This document shows positions 10,239 through 18,349 of a stretch of 46,021 nucleotides of DNA, piece after piece. The stretch comes from Verrucomicrobiota bacterium (GTDB lineage: Bacteria > Verrucomicrobiota > Verrucomicrobiia > Verrucomicrobiales > DEV007). Position numbers and translations under genes: made by a program. The notes below the pieces were generated by a model. The model was not told the DNA's origin, made no database searches, and saw nothing but the letters and a program-made list of their open reading frames with translations. Every line of letters starts with the position of its first letter. Position 1 is the first letter of the stretch. The stretch is taken from the NCBI GenBank assembly GCA_045046875.1, contig JASFYY010000091.1, positions 1 to 46,021 on the forward strand. The letters run 5' to 3'.

Positions 10239-11449
10239 TGACGCAACCTTCGAAAAACAAAAACACAAATTTTTACTTTTATATTATGAAACATCTAAAC
10301 AAATCATTTTCCTTTCTAATTTACGTATTGATATTTTCACCAGCATTCTCTGCAAGGGTTCACGCCGCAGAAGAAGTGAAGGCGAAAAAAGAAGCTATCA
10401 TTCAAATCAGCGGGGAATCCCTGGTTAATCTGAACCTTGAGTTTGGAAAAGTGATCAACCGTCCGGTTTCGGCAGCGACACCAGTAAGCGGAGCTATCCA
10501 ACTGGATGCCACCCGTGTTTACGATGTGGTGCCACGTATCTCCGGCGTCGTTTCCAAAGACTACCGGGCTTTGGGCGATGTGATGAAAGCAGGCGACTCA
10601 TTGTTGCAGATAGAAAGTCAGGAGTATGCCCTGGCCCTGATCAAGTACTTTGAAGCGGAGCACGAAATGGAGCATTCAGTAGAATCGTTTACGCGGGAAC
10701 AATCATTGGTGGAAAAAAAGGTCAGCTCACCCGAGTTGTTACTTCAGGCGCAACATGATTATCGGATTGCGCAAATCAATCACACGGCTTCGTTGCAAAT
10801 ATTAAAATTGCTGCATTTGCCTGAATCGGAATTGCATCGTTTACTTAACCAGGTCGATCATGCGGATTTAACCAAGTATGAAATCAGTTCACCCGCTGGC
10901 GGTGTTATTATCAAAAAAGAAGTGCGCCTGGGCTCGGATGTGAAACCGGATCAAATGCTCTTTACCATTGCTGATCTTTCCCATCTTTGGGTGGATATCA
11001 AAGTTCCCATCAGAGCAGCCGGATCGGTAAAAGTTGGATCCAGCGTGGATTTATCCACTGCCATTGATCAACGCTCTGCGACCGCGAAGGTGATTTATGT
11101 AGCACCCATAGCCGACGATGTGACAAGAACGATTCTTGTTCGCGCGGAACTAGATAACATAAAGGGAACGTGGCGTCCTGGAACGGCCGTATCAGTGCAA
11201 GTCCGTGACTCCTCATCAGATGACTCGTCTGCTCTAGCCGTGGCTCGCAACGCGGTATTTGATATCGAAGGTGCCAAGGCTGTTTTTGTGCAAAAGGGTA
11301 AGGACAAATTTCAATTGATAACGGTAAAAACTGGTGCCAGTGACGGAGAATTTATTCGTATTCTCTCCGGGCTCAAAAAGGGCGATACCGTAGTTAGCCG
11401 TAATGTGGTGCAACTGAAAGCCCAGTTCATGATGCAGGGAGATGAATAA
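10238..11449 (+). CDS. czcB: RND periplasmic adaptor (membrane fusion protein, CzcB-like)
   Basis: Lipoyl-like halves (VVPRISGVV...GD; ISSPAGGVI), IADLSHLWV, TRTILVRAELDN..G.WRPG and ILSGLKKGDTVV. TGATG overlap with czcC; alternative start at 10286. Confidence 0.88.
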   Translation: MTQPSKNKNTNFYFYIMKHLNKSFSFLIYVLIFSPAFSARVHAAEEVKAKKEAIIQISGESLVNLNLEFGKVINRPVSAATPVSGAIQLDATRVYDVVPRISGVVSKDYRALGDVMKAGDSLLQIESQEYALALIKYFEAEHEMEHSVESFTREQSLVEKKVSSPELLLQAQHDYRIAQINHTASLQILKLLHLPESELHRLLNQVDHADLTKYEISSPAGGVIIKKEVRLGSDVKPDQMLFTIADLSHLWVDIKVPIRAAGSVKVGSSVDLSTAIDQRSATAKVIYVAPIADDVTRTILVRAELDNIKGTWRPGTAVSVQVRDSSSDDSSALAVARNAVFDIEGAKAVFVQKGKDKFQLITVKTGASDGEFIRILSGLKKGDTVVSRNVVQLKAQFMMQGDE

Positions 11450-11491
11450 GATGCGCGCAAATAACTCATTTAATTTTAAAGTTTAACTATT

Positions 11492-14400
11492 ATGTTATCA
11501 AGTTTAATTCAATTTGCATTGGCGCAGCGTTTTTTGTTTGTGGTCTTTGCCGCTGTTTTGATCGGTGGCGGCGTTTACGCCTGGAAGGAACTACCAATCG
11601 ATGCGTTCCCGGATATTTCCAATACCCAGGTGCAGGTCATCGTAAAGGCGGCGGGCATGACTCCAACGGAAGTGGAGCAGCGTATCACGCGTCCTTTGGA
11701 AATAGAGGTGCGCGGGATTCCCAAACAAACGGTTTTACGTTCTATCACCAAATACGCGCTTTCTGTCATCACTATCGATTTTGCCGATGGCACGGACATG
11801 TATTGGGCGCGACAACAGGTTTCGGAGCGTATCACCCAAGTGCTTTCCGGTTTGCCCGAAGGAGTAGAAGGAGGATTGGCGCCGATCACGATGCCCTTGT
11901 CCGACATCTACATGTTTCTGGTCGAAGGTGACGACTACAGCAATATGGAATTGAGATCTGTTCTCGATTGGATCATTCGACCGCGCTTGTTATCTGTCAA
12001 CGGGGTGGCCGATGTCAATGCGCTGGGTGGGGAAGTCCGCAGTTTCCATGTGATTCCCCGGCCAGAAGCTCTGCAAGCCTACGGTCTGGATATTGATGAT
12101 CTGAGTTCGGCATTGAAAAATAACAATGCTAATGCTGGAGGAGATCGTTTTGTACGCAATGACGAAGTGTTATTGGTAACAACGATTGGCCAGCTGCGCA
12201 CTATCGAGGATATCGCAGCGACATCGGTCACGGTTCGCGATCAGCGTCCCATCCGCATTTCGGATGTGGCAGATGTGAAACTTGGTGCGCTCACCCGTTA
12301 TGGAGCGGTCACTGCGCATGGTAAGGGCGAAGCCGTCGAAGGATTGGTACTCAATCGTCGCGGAGCCAACGGGCGCAAAACGGTCGAAGCGGTCAAAGCT
12401 GCCTTGGAAGATATCAAAACAGCTTTGCCGGAGGGGGTTCGCATTGTACCTTTTTATGATCGTTCCGAGCTCATCACCGCTTCAGTGGCAACGGTGCGCA
12501 ATGCTTTGATCCAGGCAGTGGTCCTGGTATTGATCGTTCTGATATTGTTTTTAGGAAATCTACGCTCGGCGATTTGTGTCGGCATTATTCTACCGCTCAC
12601 TGTGCTTGGCACTTTTGTGGTGATGCTTTTTTCCGGATTAACTGCAAATCTGATGTCTCTAGGTGGCATCGCAATCGCGGTAGGCATCTTGGTCGACTCT
12701 GCAGTGGTCATGATTGAAAATATTCATAGCCAGCTTCATCACGATCATAAACATGGCAAAGCAAAAATCGTGCTGCACGCAGCTAAAGAAGTGGCACCAC
12801 CAATTTTTGCCGGCGTATTGATCATCGCCGTGTCTTTGTTTCCGATCCTGGCTTTGACCGGTATCGAGGGGAAACTATTCCGCCCCTTAGCTCAAACGAT
12901 TGGTATTTCCCTACTGGTCAGCCTGTTATTAAGCTTAACGGTCATTCCCGTATTTGCTTCGTTGTTAATGAAGCCGTCCAATGCCAAAGACAACATCGTG
13001 GTGCGCCTTTTGCAAGCCACTTACACTCCTTTGTTGAAACTGGTGATGCGTAAAAGAAAAACCGCAATCATCAGTGGAACAGTAATCGTTTTGTTGAGCC
13101 TTCTGCTAGGTACTCGGATCGGTAGCGAGTTCCTTCCTTTCCTCGATGAAGGGACCATGTTGGTTCAATTTGAAAAACTGCCAACCATTTCATTGCAGCG
13201 TTCGATTGAAATTGATAACCAGATAGAACAAAAGTTACTCGAATTGCCTGAGATCACCGGCATCGTATCCCGGCTCGGATCCGATGAGCTACGGCTTGAT
13301 CCCATGGGCCTGAATGAGAGTGATGTGTTTCTGGTTACCAAACCGCGACATGAATGGGAGAGTGGCAGCGTTGAAGGTTTGCAAAATAAAATCCGCAAGG
13401 TGCTCGATACTTTTCCAGGTATTCTTTACGGTTTCACTCAACCGATTGATATGCGGGTCTCGGAAATGATATCGGGTGTCACCTCGGCGGTGGCGATCAA
13501 ATTATCGGGTGATGATTTAGCAACCCTCGATCAAAAAGCGAAGGAAATCGAGGTTTTGGTCAATGCCGTTACTGGTGCAATTGATGTGCAGCGTACCCCG
13601 CTTGAAGGTCAGCTTTACTTAAGCATTGGCATGCGCCACGCTGAGGCGGCCCGGCTTGGAATCACGGTTCAGCAGGTAAATAATCTGGTCAGTCAAGCGG
13701 TCGGCGGACGAGTGGTTACCGAGGTGATCGAGGGCAATAAACGCATCCCTGTATTGGTGCGTTATCCCTCTCTACAACGCAGTTCAGCAAAAGCGATTGG
13801 CAACCTTCGTTTGGCTGCCGCCGATGGGCATCCGGTGTATCTCAGTGATGTAACCCAAATCACGGAAGTGGATGGGCCCAATCAAATCGATCGAGAGGAT
13901 GGCAACCGGGTGGTCGTTCTGCAGGCCAATGTCCAGAACCGTGATGTGGTGGGATTTGTCACTGAGTTGCGTGATCTGATAGAGGAGAAAATCGATCTGC
14001 CTGCCGGTTATTTCATTGAGTACGGCGGTCAATTTGAAAATCAGGCCAGGGCCTCTGCTCGGTTGCAGGTGGTGGTGCCAGTATCGCTGTTTGTCATTTT
14101 CATCATTCTGTTTTTAACTTTCGGAACGATAAGGCAAGCGCTCTTGATTCTGCTCAACATTCCCTTTGCCTTGGTGGGAGGAATTTTGACCCTGTATTTC
14201 TCAGGATTTTATTTATCGGTTCCAGCTTCGATTGGTTTTGTTGCGCTGATTGGTCTCGCCATTATGAATGGAGTGGTGATGGTCAACCATTTCAATCAGT
14301 TGCGTGAAATAGACGGCCTGGATATTGATACGGCCACGCAGCGGGGAGCAGGCAACCGCCTGAGACCCGTATTAATGACTGCCATTTTGACGGTACTGGG

Positions 14401-14566
14401 TCTAGTGCCTTTGCTTATTGCTACGGGCCCGGGTTCGGAGATTCAGAAGCCACTTGCGGTGGTGGTGATCGGCGGCACGGTGTCCTCAACCTTGCTGACG
14501 CTGTTGTTACTTCCGGCTTTGTATAGCGGAGTAGAAGCTATTGTTGCTAACCGACGCAAGGTTTAA
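11492..14566 (+). CDS. czcA: Heavy-metal efflux RND permease (CzcA/CusA family)
   Basis: 1024 aa; LPIDAFPDIS, FYDRSELI, NLMSLGG, VDSAVVMIEN, EGKLFRPLA, RLRPVLMTA and GSEIQKPLAVVVIGG. Confidence 0.93.
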   Translation: MLSSLIQFALAQRFLFVVFAAVLIGGGVYAWKELPIDAFPDISNTQVQVIVKAAGMTPTEVEQRITRPLEIEVRGIPKQTVLRSITKYALSVITIDFADGTDMYWARQQVSERITQVLSGLPEGVEGGLAPITMPLSDIYMFLVEGDDYSNMELRSVLDWIIRPRLLSVNGVADVNALGGEVRSFHVIPRPEALQAYGLDIDDLSSALKNNNANAGGDRFVRNDEVLLVTTIGQLRTIEDIAATSVTVRDQRPIRISDVADVKLGALTRYGAVTAHGKGEAVEGLVLNRRGANGRKTVEAVKAALEDIKTALPEGVRIVPFYDRSELITASVATVRNALIQAVVLVLIVLILFLGNLRSAICVGIILPLTVLGTFVVMLFSGLTANLMSLGGIAIAVGILVDSAVVMIENIHSQLHHDHKHGKAKIVLHAAKEVAPPIFAGVLIIAVSLFPILALTGIEGKLFRPLAQTIGISLLVSLLLSLTVIPVFASLLMKPSNAKDNIVVRLLQATYTPLLKLVMRKRKTAIISGTVIVLLSLLLGTRIGSEFLPFLDEGTMLVQFEKLPTISLQRSIEIDNQIEQKLLELPEITGIVSRLGSDELRLDPMGLNESDVFLVTKPRHEWESGSVEGLQNKIRKVLDTFPGILYGFTQPIDMRVSEMISGVTSAVAIKLSGDDLATLDQKAKEIEVLVNAVTGAIDVQRTPLEGQLYLSIGMRHAEAARLGITVQQVNNLVSQAVGGRVVTEVIEGNKRIPVLVRYPSLQRSSAKAIGNLRLAAADGHPVYLSDVTQITEVDGPNQIDREDGNRVVVLQANVQNRDVVGFVTELRDLIEEKIDLPAGYFIEYGGQFENQARASARLQVVVPVSLFVIFIILFLTFGTIRQALLILLNIPFALVGGILTLYFSGFYLSVPASIGFVALIGLAIMNGVVMVNHFNQLREIDGLDIDTATQRGAGNRLRPVLMTAILTVLGLVPLLIATGPGSEIQKPLAVVVIGGTVSSTLLTLLLLPALYSGVEAIVANRRKV

Positions 14567-14586
14567 ATGGGGTCACTAATGGAAAG

Positions 14587-15183
14587 TTATATAATCAAAC
14601 TCTCAGGAGGACCTTGAGGGAAAATTTCATAACTTTTCATTAGTCCCTCATCGTCGATTTCGACTTTAATTTCCTTGGCCATGCGCCAATCCTTCATTGT
14701 GCTCACACTAAGCCCACAGCATTTGGCTTGTTCTTCCGTATTCAAAGGCAAGGGTTCTTGAATGATCTTTCTAGGGTTCCGAAAACGATAAAGACTGTGA
14801 ACACCGAATAGGGTAAGTAGCAAAACCAGTGAAGTCACCACAATCAAGCTGAAAAGAAGCTCTTGAACCAAATCAGGAGACCAGTATCCCGGGCCGATAA
14901 GCTGCCCTGCTTCTTCAGGATTATTAATGGCAGCATCCAGTATTAACAATATCCAAGCTCCCCAGGCTAAGGTCATAAGAATCCAATCCCTGATTCGAAT
15001 TTTCATTGGCAAACCCTTGCGGGTCTCAATCACAAAAATTGTTAAGTGGCGGTTGCTAGGTTTCAACCAGCCTCGTTTTAATGCCCAAGCCAAACGATCC
15101 TGCCCGCCGTTTGATCTAGGCAACAAGGGTTTTTTTGGAAGGATAGGCTTCATTTTGGAAGTGTCAGATTGGCTGGTGCTCAT
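14587..15183 (-). CDS. pgaD: Poly-beta-1,6-GlcNAc biosynthesis protein PgaD
   Basis: Two TM segments (RDWILMTLAWGAW...), an RF.N basic motif and a soluble C-terminal tail; last gene after pgaC. Start position uncertain. Confidence 0.7.
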   Translation of the reverse strand: MSTSQSDTSKMKPILPKKPLLPRSNGGQDRLAWALKRGWLKPSNRHLTIFVIETRKGLPMKIRIRDWILMTLAWGAWILLILDAAINNPEEAGQLIGPGYWSPDLVQELLFSLIVVTSLVLLLTLFGVHSLYRFRNPRKIIQEPLPLNTEEQAKCCGLSVSTMKDWRMAKEIKVEIDDEGLMKSYEIFPQGPPESLII

Positions 15184-15197
15184 GATATTATAGCTGT

Positions 15198-16454
15198 TTA
15201 AACTCCACGATCAGGGCTGACCCAGGTCGCATGTTTTTTTCTGCCAAAAATGAAAGCTCGGTATAAACCTACAATGGAAGTAAGCATCGAAAGCATCCAG
15301 TGGGCGGTGGGGTACCAGATCAACCATCCCAAAAACCGGAATAAGCGCCGTTCATAACGGTGCTCAAGAGTCATACTGACAAATGATTGGATAAAAAAGG
15401 TGGCGGCCAGAATGAGCCCCCAATGTGAAGGGATCGGGCCATGTAATTGGAAAGGGAGAGATACAAAAGGTAATAGGGAAATCAACCAAAGCGCGAAAAT
15501 CGCTATGGTGACATGTGCCCAGATGATACTGATAAAATAATCTGCTACGATGGGCAGCATTCTCCAGGAACGACCTTTAGTGCCTTCGGCCAGTCGTTTG
15601 AGAATGACTTCTGCTCCACCCTGTGCCCAGCGCAAGCGTTGACTCCATAAACCACGTAAGGTTTCCGGCATCAGGATCCAGCAAATTGCATTAGGTTCAT
15701 AACGAATTCGCCAGCCACCTTCTTGTAAGCGCCAGGTGATATCAATATCATCGGTTAGCATGTCCACCCCCCAGTATCCCACTTCGTGTAGAGCTCTTTT
15801 GCGGAAACCGCAAACCACTCCGGATACGGTGAATACACGACCATAAACAGATTGGGTTCTTTTGATCAGTCCGATAATGGAGGAGAATTCACCAACTTGT
15901 AATCGACCTAACAGCGTTCGGCGGTTGCGAATGCGCGGATTGCCCGTCACTCCTCCGATATTTGGTCTCAGAGTCAGGCTGTAAACCAACCAGCTCAGGG
16001 CGTTGTGTTCCAGCAAAGCGTCACCATCAATGCAGATGACATATTCTGCATCCGTTGCGGCTACTCCGGCCCTCATCGCTAATGCTTTGCCCCGGTTGTG
16101 GACTAGATTAACTACTCGAAGGAATTCGTACTGTTGCTGGAGTAGTTCCAGAAGGTAAGCAGTTTTGTCACTCGAACCATCGTTGACTGCGATGACTTCA
16201 AAATCGGGGTAATCCAGTTGGGACAGCGCACCGATGGTATCAACAATGGTTTCCTCTTCATTAAAACAAGGAACAATGACCGCGGCCCTAGGCCACTCTT
16301 TCATTACGGGAACGTCTGATGGCCGGCCTGCTGATCTTTCACGTAACAGCCAATACAAAATCCCTCCTGTGATCCAGAACCAGCCCATCACAAAAGGGTA
16401 TAACCAGATGAAACGTTGCAGCTCGGTTACGATTTGTTGTAAATCCAAGGTCAT
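15198..16454 (-). CDS. pgaC: Poly-beta-1,6-N-acetyl-D-glucosamine synthase (GT2)
   Basis: VPCFNEE, VNDGSSD, CIDGD, VTGNPRIRNRRTLLGRLQVGEFSSIIGLIKRTQ, TDDID and QRLRWAQGG; AAGGAGG SD upstream of the ATG at 16454. Confidence 0.93.
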   Translation of the reverse strand: MTLDLQQIVTELQRFIWLYPFVMGWFWITGGILYWLLRERSAGRPSDVPVMKEWPRAAVIVPCFNEEETIVDTIGALSQLDYPDFEVIAVNDGSSDKTAYLLELLQQQYEFLRVVNLVHNRGKALAMRAGVAATDAEYVICIDGDALLEHNALSWLVYSLTLRPNIGGVTGNPRIRNRRTLLGRLQVGEFSSIIGLIKRTQSVYGRVFTVSGVVCGFRKRALHEVGYWGVDMLTDDIDITWRLQEGGWRIRYEPNAICWILMPETLRGLWSQRLRWAQGGAEVILKRLAEGTKGRSWRMLPIVADYFISIIWAHVTIAIFALWLISLLPFVSLPFQLHGPIPSHWGLILAATFFIQSFVSMTLEHRYERRLFRFLGWLIWYPTAHWMLSMLTSIVGLYRAFIFGRKKHATWVSPDRGV

Positions 16455-16455
16455 A

Positions 16456-18288
16456 TCAAGGGCCCTCCTTTTTCTCAACTTCAGACCAAATTCTAAATTC
16501 CGGATCATTCCACGGAAAACCCTCGGCGCTTATCATAGGACGCACCTGTTTGAGAGCAGGCTGCCCTGATAGCGGCCAATCGTGATCATAAATCCAGCTG
16601 ACCATGCCCAGACCTTCAATGAGTTTGAGTTTATCTGTCAGGCGATGGGTGTTGAGTTTGGCGAAGCCTCGGTCATTGTATTTAAAATCCACCAGTACCT
16701 GCCCATATTTGGCAAGATTGTTTTGCAAAGGTTTTTGGCGAATATCCTTTTTCAAGTCCCGCTGGGAAAGTCCGCGCGCGTCCAAAACCAAGCGGTCAAA
16801 TACCATCAATAGATGGTGAAGCTCATCTTCGCTCATAGCGCGTGCCTGCTGCCAGGATATTTGTAGGTAAACCTGGCAGTCAGGTTGCCATTGTTGAAAA
16901 GCTTCCAGGTTTTTTAAAGTCTGTTGAGCGAGAGATGGTGAACGTTGATTTTTGTTTAAACAGACTTGGCGTCGGTGACGCCTCATAGTTGGAGACTCAC
17001 CGGATATTTTTTGATGGAGTGCACTGTATTGGTTCCATGGCAAATCGAGCAGGGCGGGCGATAACTCAGGCCCACCGATCACGACGGCAAACACGGGAGA
17101 CATAGGACCTATTTCAGGCCAGGTTTTGATCATTTTTCTGTCACCCCATTTCCACGAAGGGCGGTCATTACATAACCACAAAAGAGAGCGGGTTTGCCCA
17201 CGTGTCCGTGTTTGCCAAATGGTTCTGAGCAGACGGTCTTGTGATACTTCCAGCTGTTGGCTTGGAAAAAAAGCTTTTACCACCCCATCCCGAAATTCAT
17301 AGGGGCGGATGCAAACACCATCGGGTTTCATCTGGGAACACCTTTCCAGCCACTTTGCCAAGCGTTCTTCGCTGTGTGGATCATTTTCAATCAGTGACTG
17401 CATTTCGAGCAAAGGGAAACGTCCGACGATTTTTTCCAAAGGTTGATCGAGGAAATTTCTGTATTCCAGTGTGGTAGGGTTTCTCCACACATAATTTCGT
17501 CCCGTATGCATGAGGTCGTCGAGCCGCCCTTGCTCGCGATTGAGGGTCAGCGCCATTGAAAAGCCCTCTTTTTCAGCAGCAGCAACCGCAATGTCGGTGT
17601 AGCGGCCATAGGGCCAAACGAGCACCCGAACTGAATGACCAATGCGCTCATTCAGATTAGCCTGGGCTTGTTTGAGATCATTTTGCACACGTGCCCGGTA
17701 GTTTGCCCGGGATTCGTAATTCTGGTTTTGGCGATTATAAGTAAGCGTGGCTCCGGCAGCCAGGCCATTACCTTGAGCCGTGGCGTTCACTTCTCCATGC
17801 AGCTGGTAGCTGTGCGATGCGATTTCGACCAATTCGGATTTATCCAACTCGCGTGCTTGATCCCAGGAGATCAGAGTATTTCGAGGCACTTGACCTTTGC
17901 CATAGTTCACCGTTCCATCTTCGCCGACTTCCATCCAGGATCCTACCAAAGCCAAGACCGCCGGGTATTGATAAGCTTTTAACAGGGGGAAAACCAAACT
18001 GTAAAAAGACTGATACCCGTCATCAAAAGTAAGCAGAACCGATTTGGAGGGCAAGGGTTTTTCGCCGGCACGGGCTTTCAAAATATCTGTGACGCTAACA
18101 GGGTGATAGTGGTGGGCAAGCAACCATTCAAACTGGTTAACCAAATGATCAAGGGTAACCGAGTCTTCGCTTAATTCACTGCGAGTTAGAACCACGTCAT
18201 GATAGGAGAGAACACTGAAATTTTGTTCAGAGGCTATGGACGACTCTATTATCCAGGAAAAGAGAACGCAGAAAGTAAGCAGGTACAT
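16456..18288 (-). CDS. pgaB: PNAG N-deacetylase PgaB (CE4 domain plus divergent C-terminal GH153-like domain)
   Basis: VLSYHDV, LLTFDDGY, SHSYQLH and VWPYG motifs; C-terminal WQTRTR and QP....RP..S remnants of PgaB. Start at 18288 or 18363. Confidence 0.88.
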   Translation of the reverse strand: MYLLTFCVLFSWIIESSIASEQNFSVLSYHDVVLTRSELSEDSVTLDHLVNQFEWLLAHHYHPVSVTDILKARAGEKPLPSKSVLLTFDDGYQSFYSLVFPLLKAYQYPAVLALVGSWMEVGEDGTVNYGKGQVPRNTLISWDQARELDKSELVEIASHSYQLHGEVNATAQGNGLAAGATLTYNRQNQNYESRANYRARVQNDLKQAQANLNERIGHSVRVLVWPYGRYTDIAVAAAEKEGFSMALTLNREQGRLDDLMHTGRNYVWRNPTTLEYRNFLDQPLEKIVGRFPLLEMQSLIENDPHSEERLAKWLERCSQMKPDGVCIRPYEFRDGVVKAFFPSQQLEVSQDRLLRTIWQTRTRGQTRSLLWLCNDRPSWKWGDRKMIKTWPEIGPMSPVFAVVIGGPELSPALLDLPWNQYSALHQKISGESPTMRRHRRQVCLNKNQRSPSLAQQTLKNLEAFQQWQPDCQVYLQISWQQARAMSEDELHHLLMVFDRLVLDARGLSQRDLKKDIRQKPLQNNLAKYGQVLVDFKYNDRGFAKLNTHRLTDKLKLIEGLGMVSWIYDHDWPLSGQPALKQVRPMISAEGFPWNDPEFRIWSEVEKKEGP

Positions 18289-18349
18289 CCAGCAACGAAG
18301 CCGCGAACACAAACGCTTGCTTCCGTGTTGTGTAAACGAAAGGATGTAA

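Noticed and set aside
15747..15755. PgaC TDD instead of the usual TED motif
   Set aside because: Conservative change that retains the catalytic-base Asp; all other motifs are intact.
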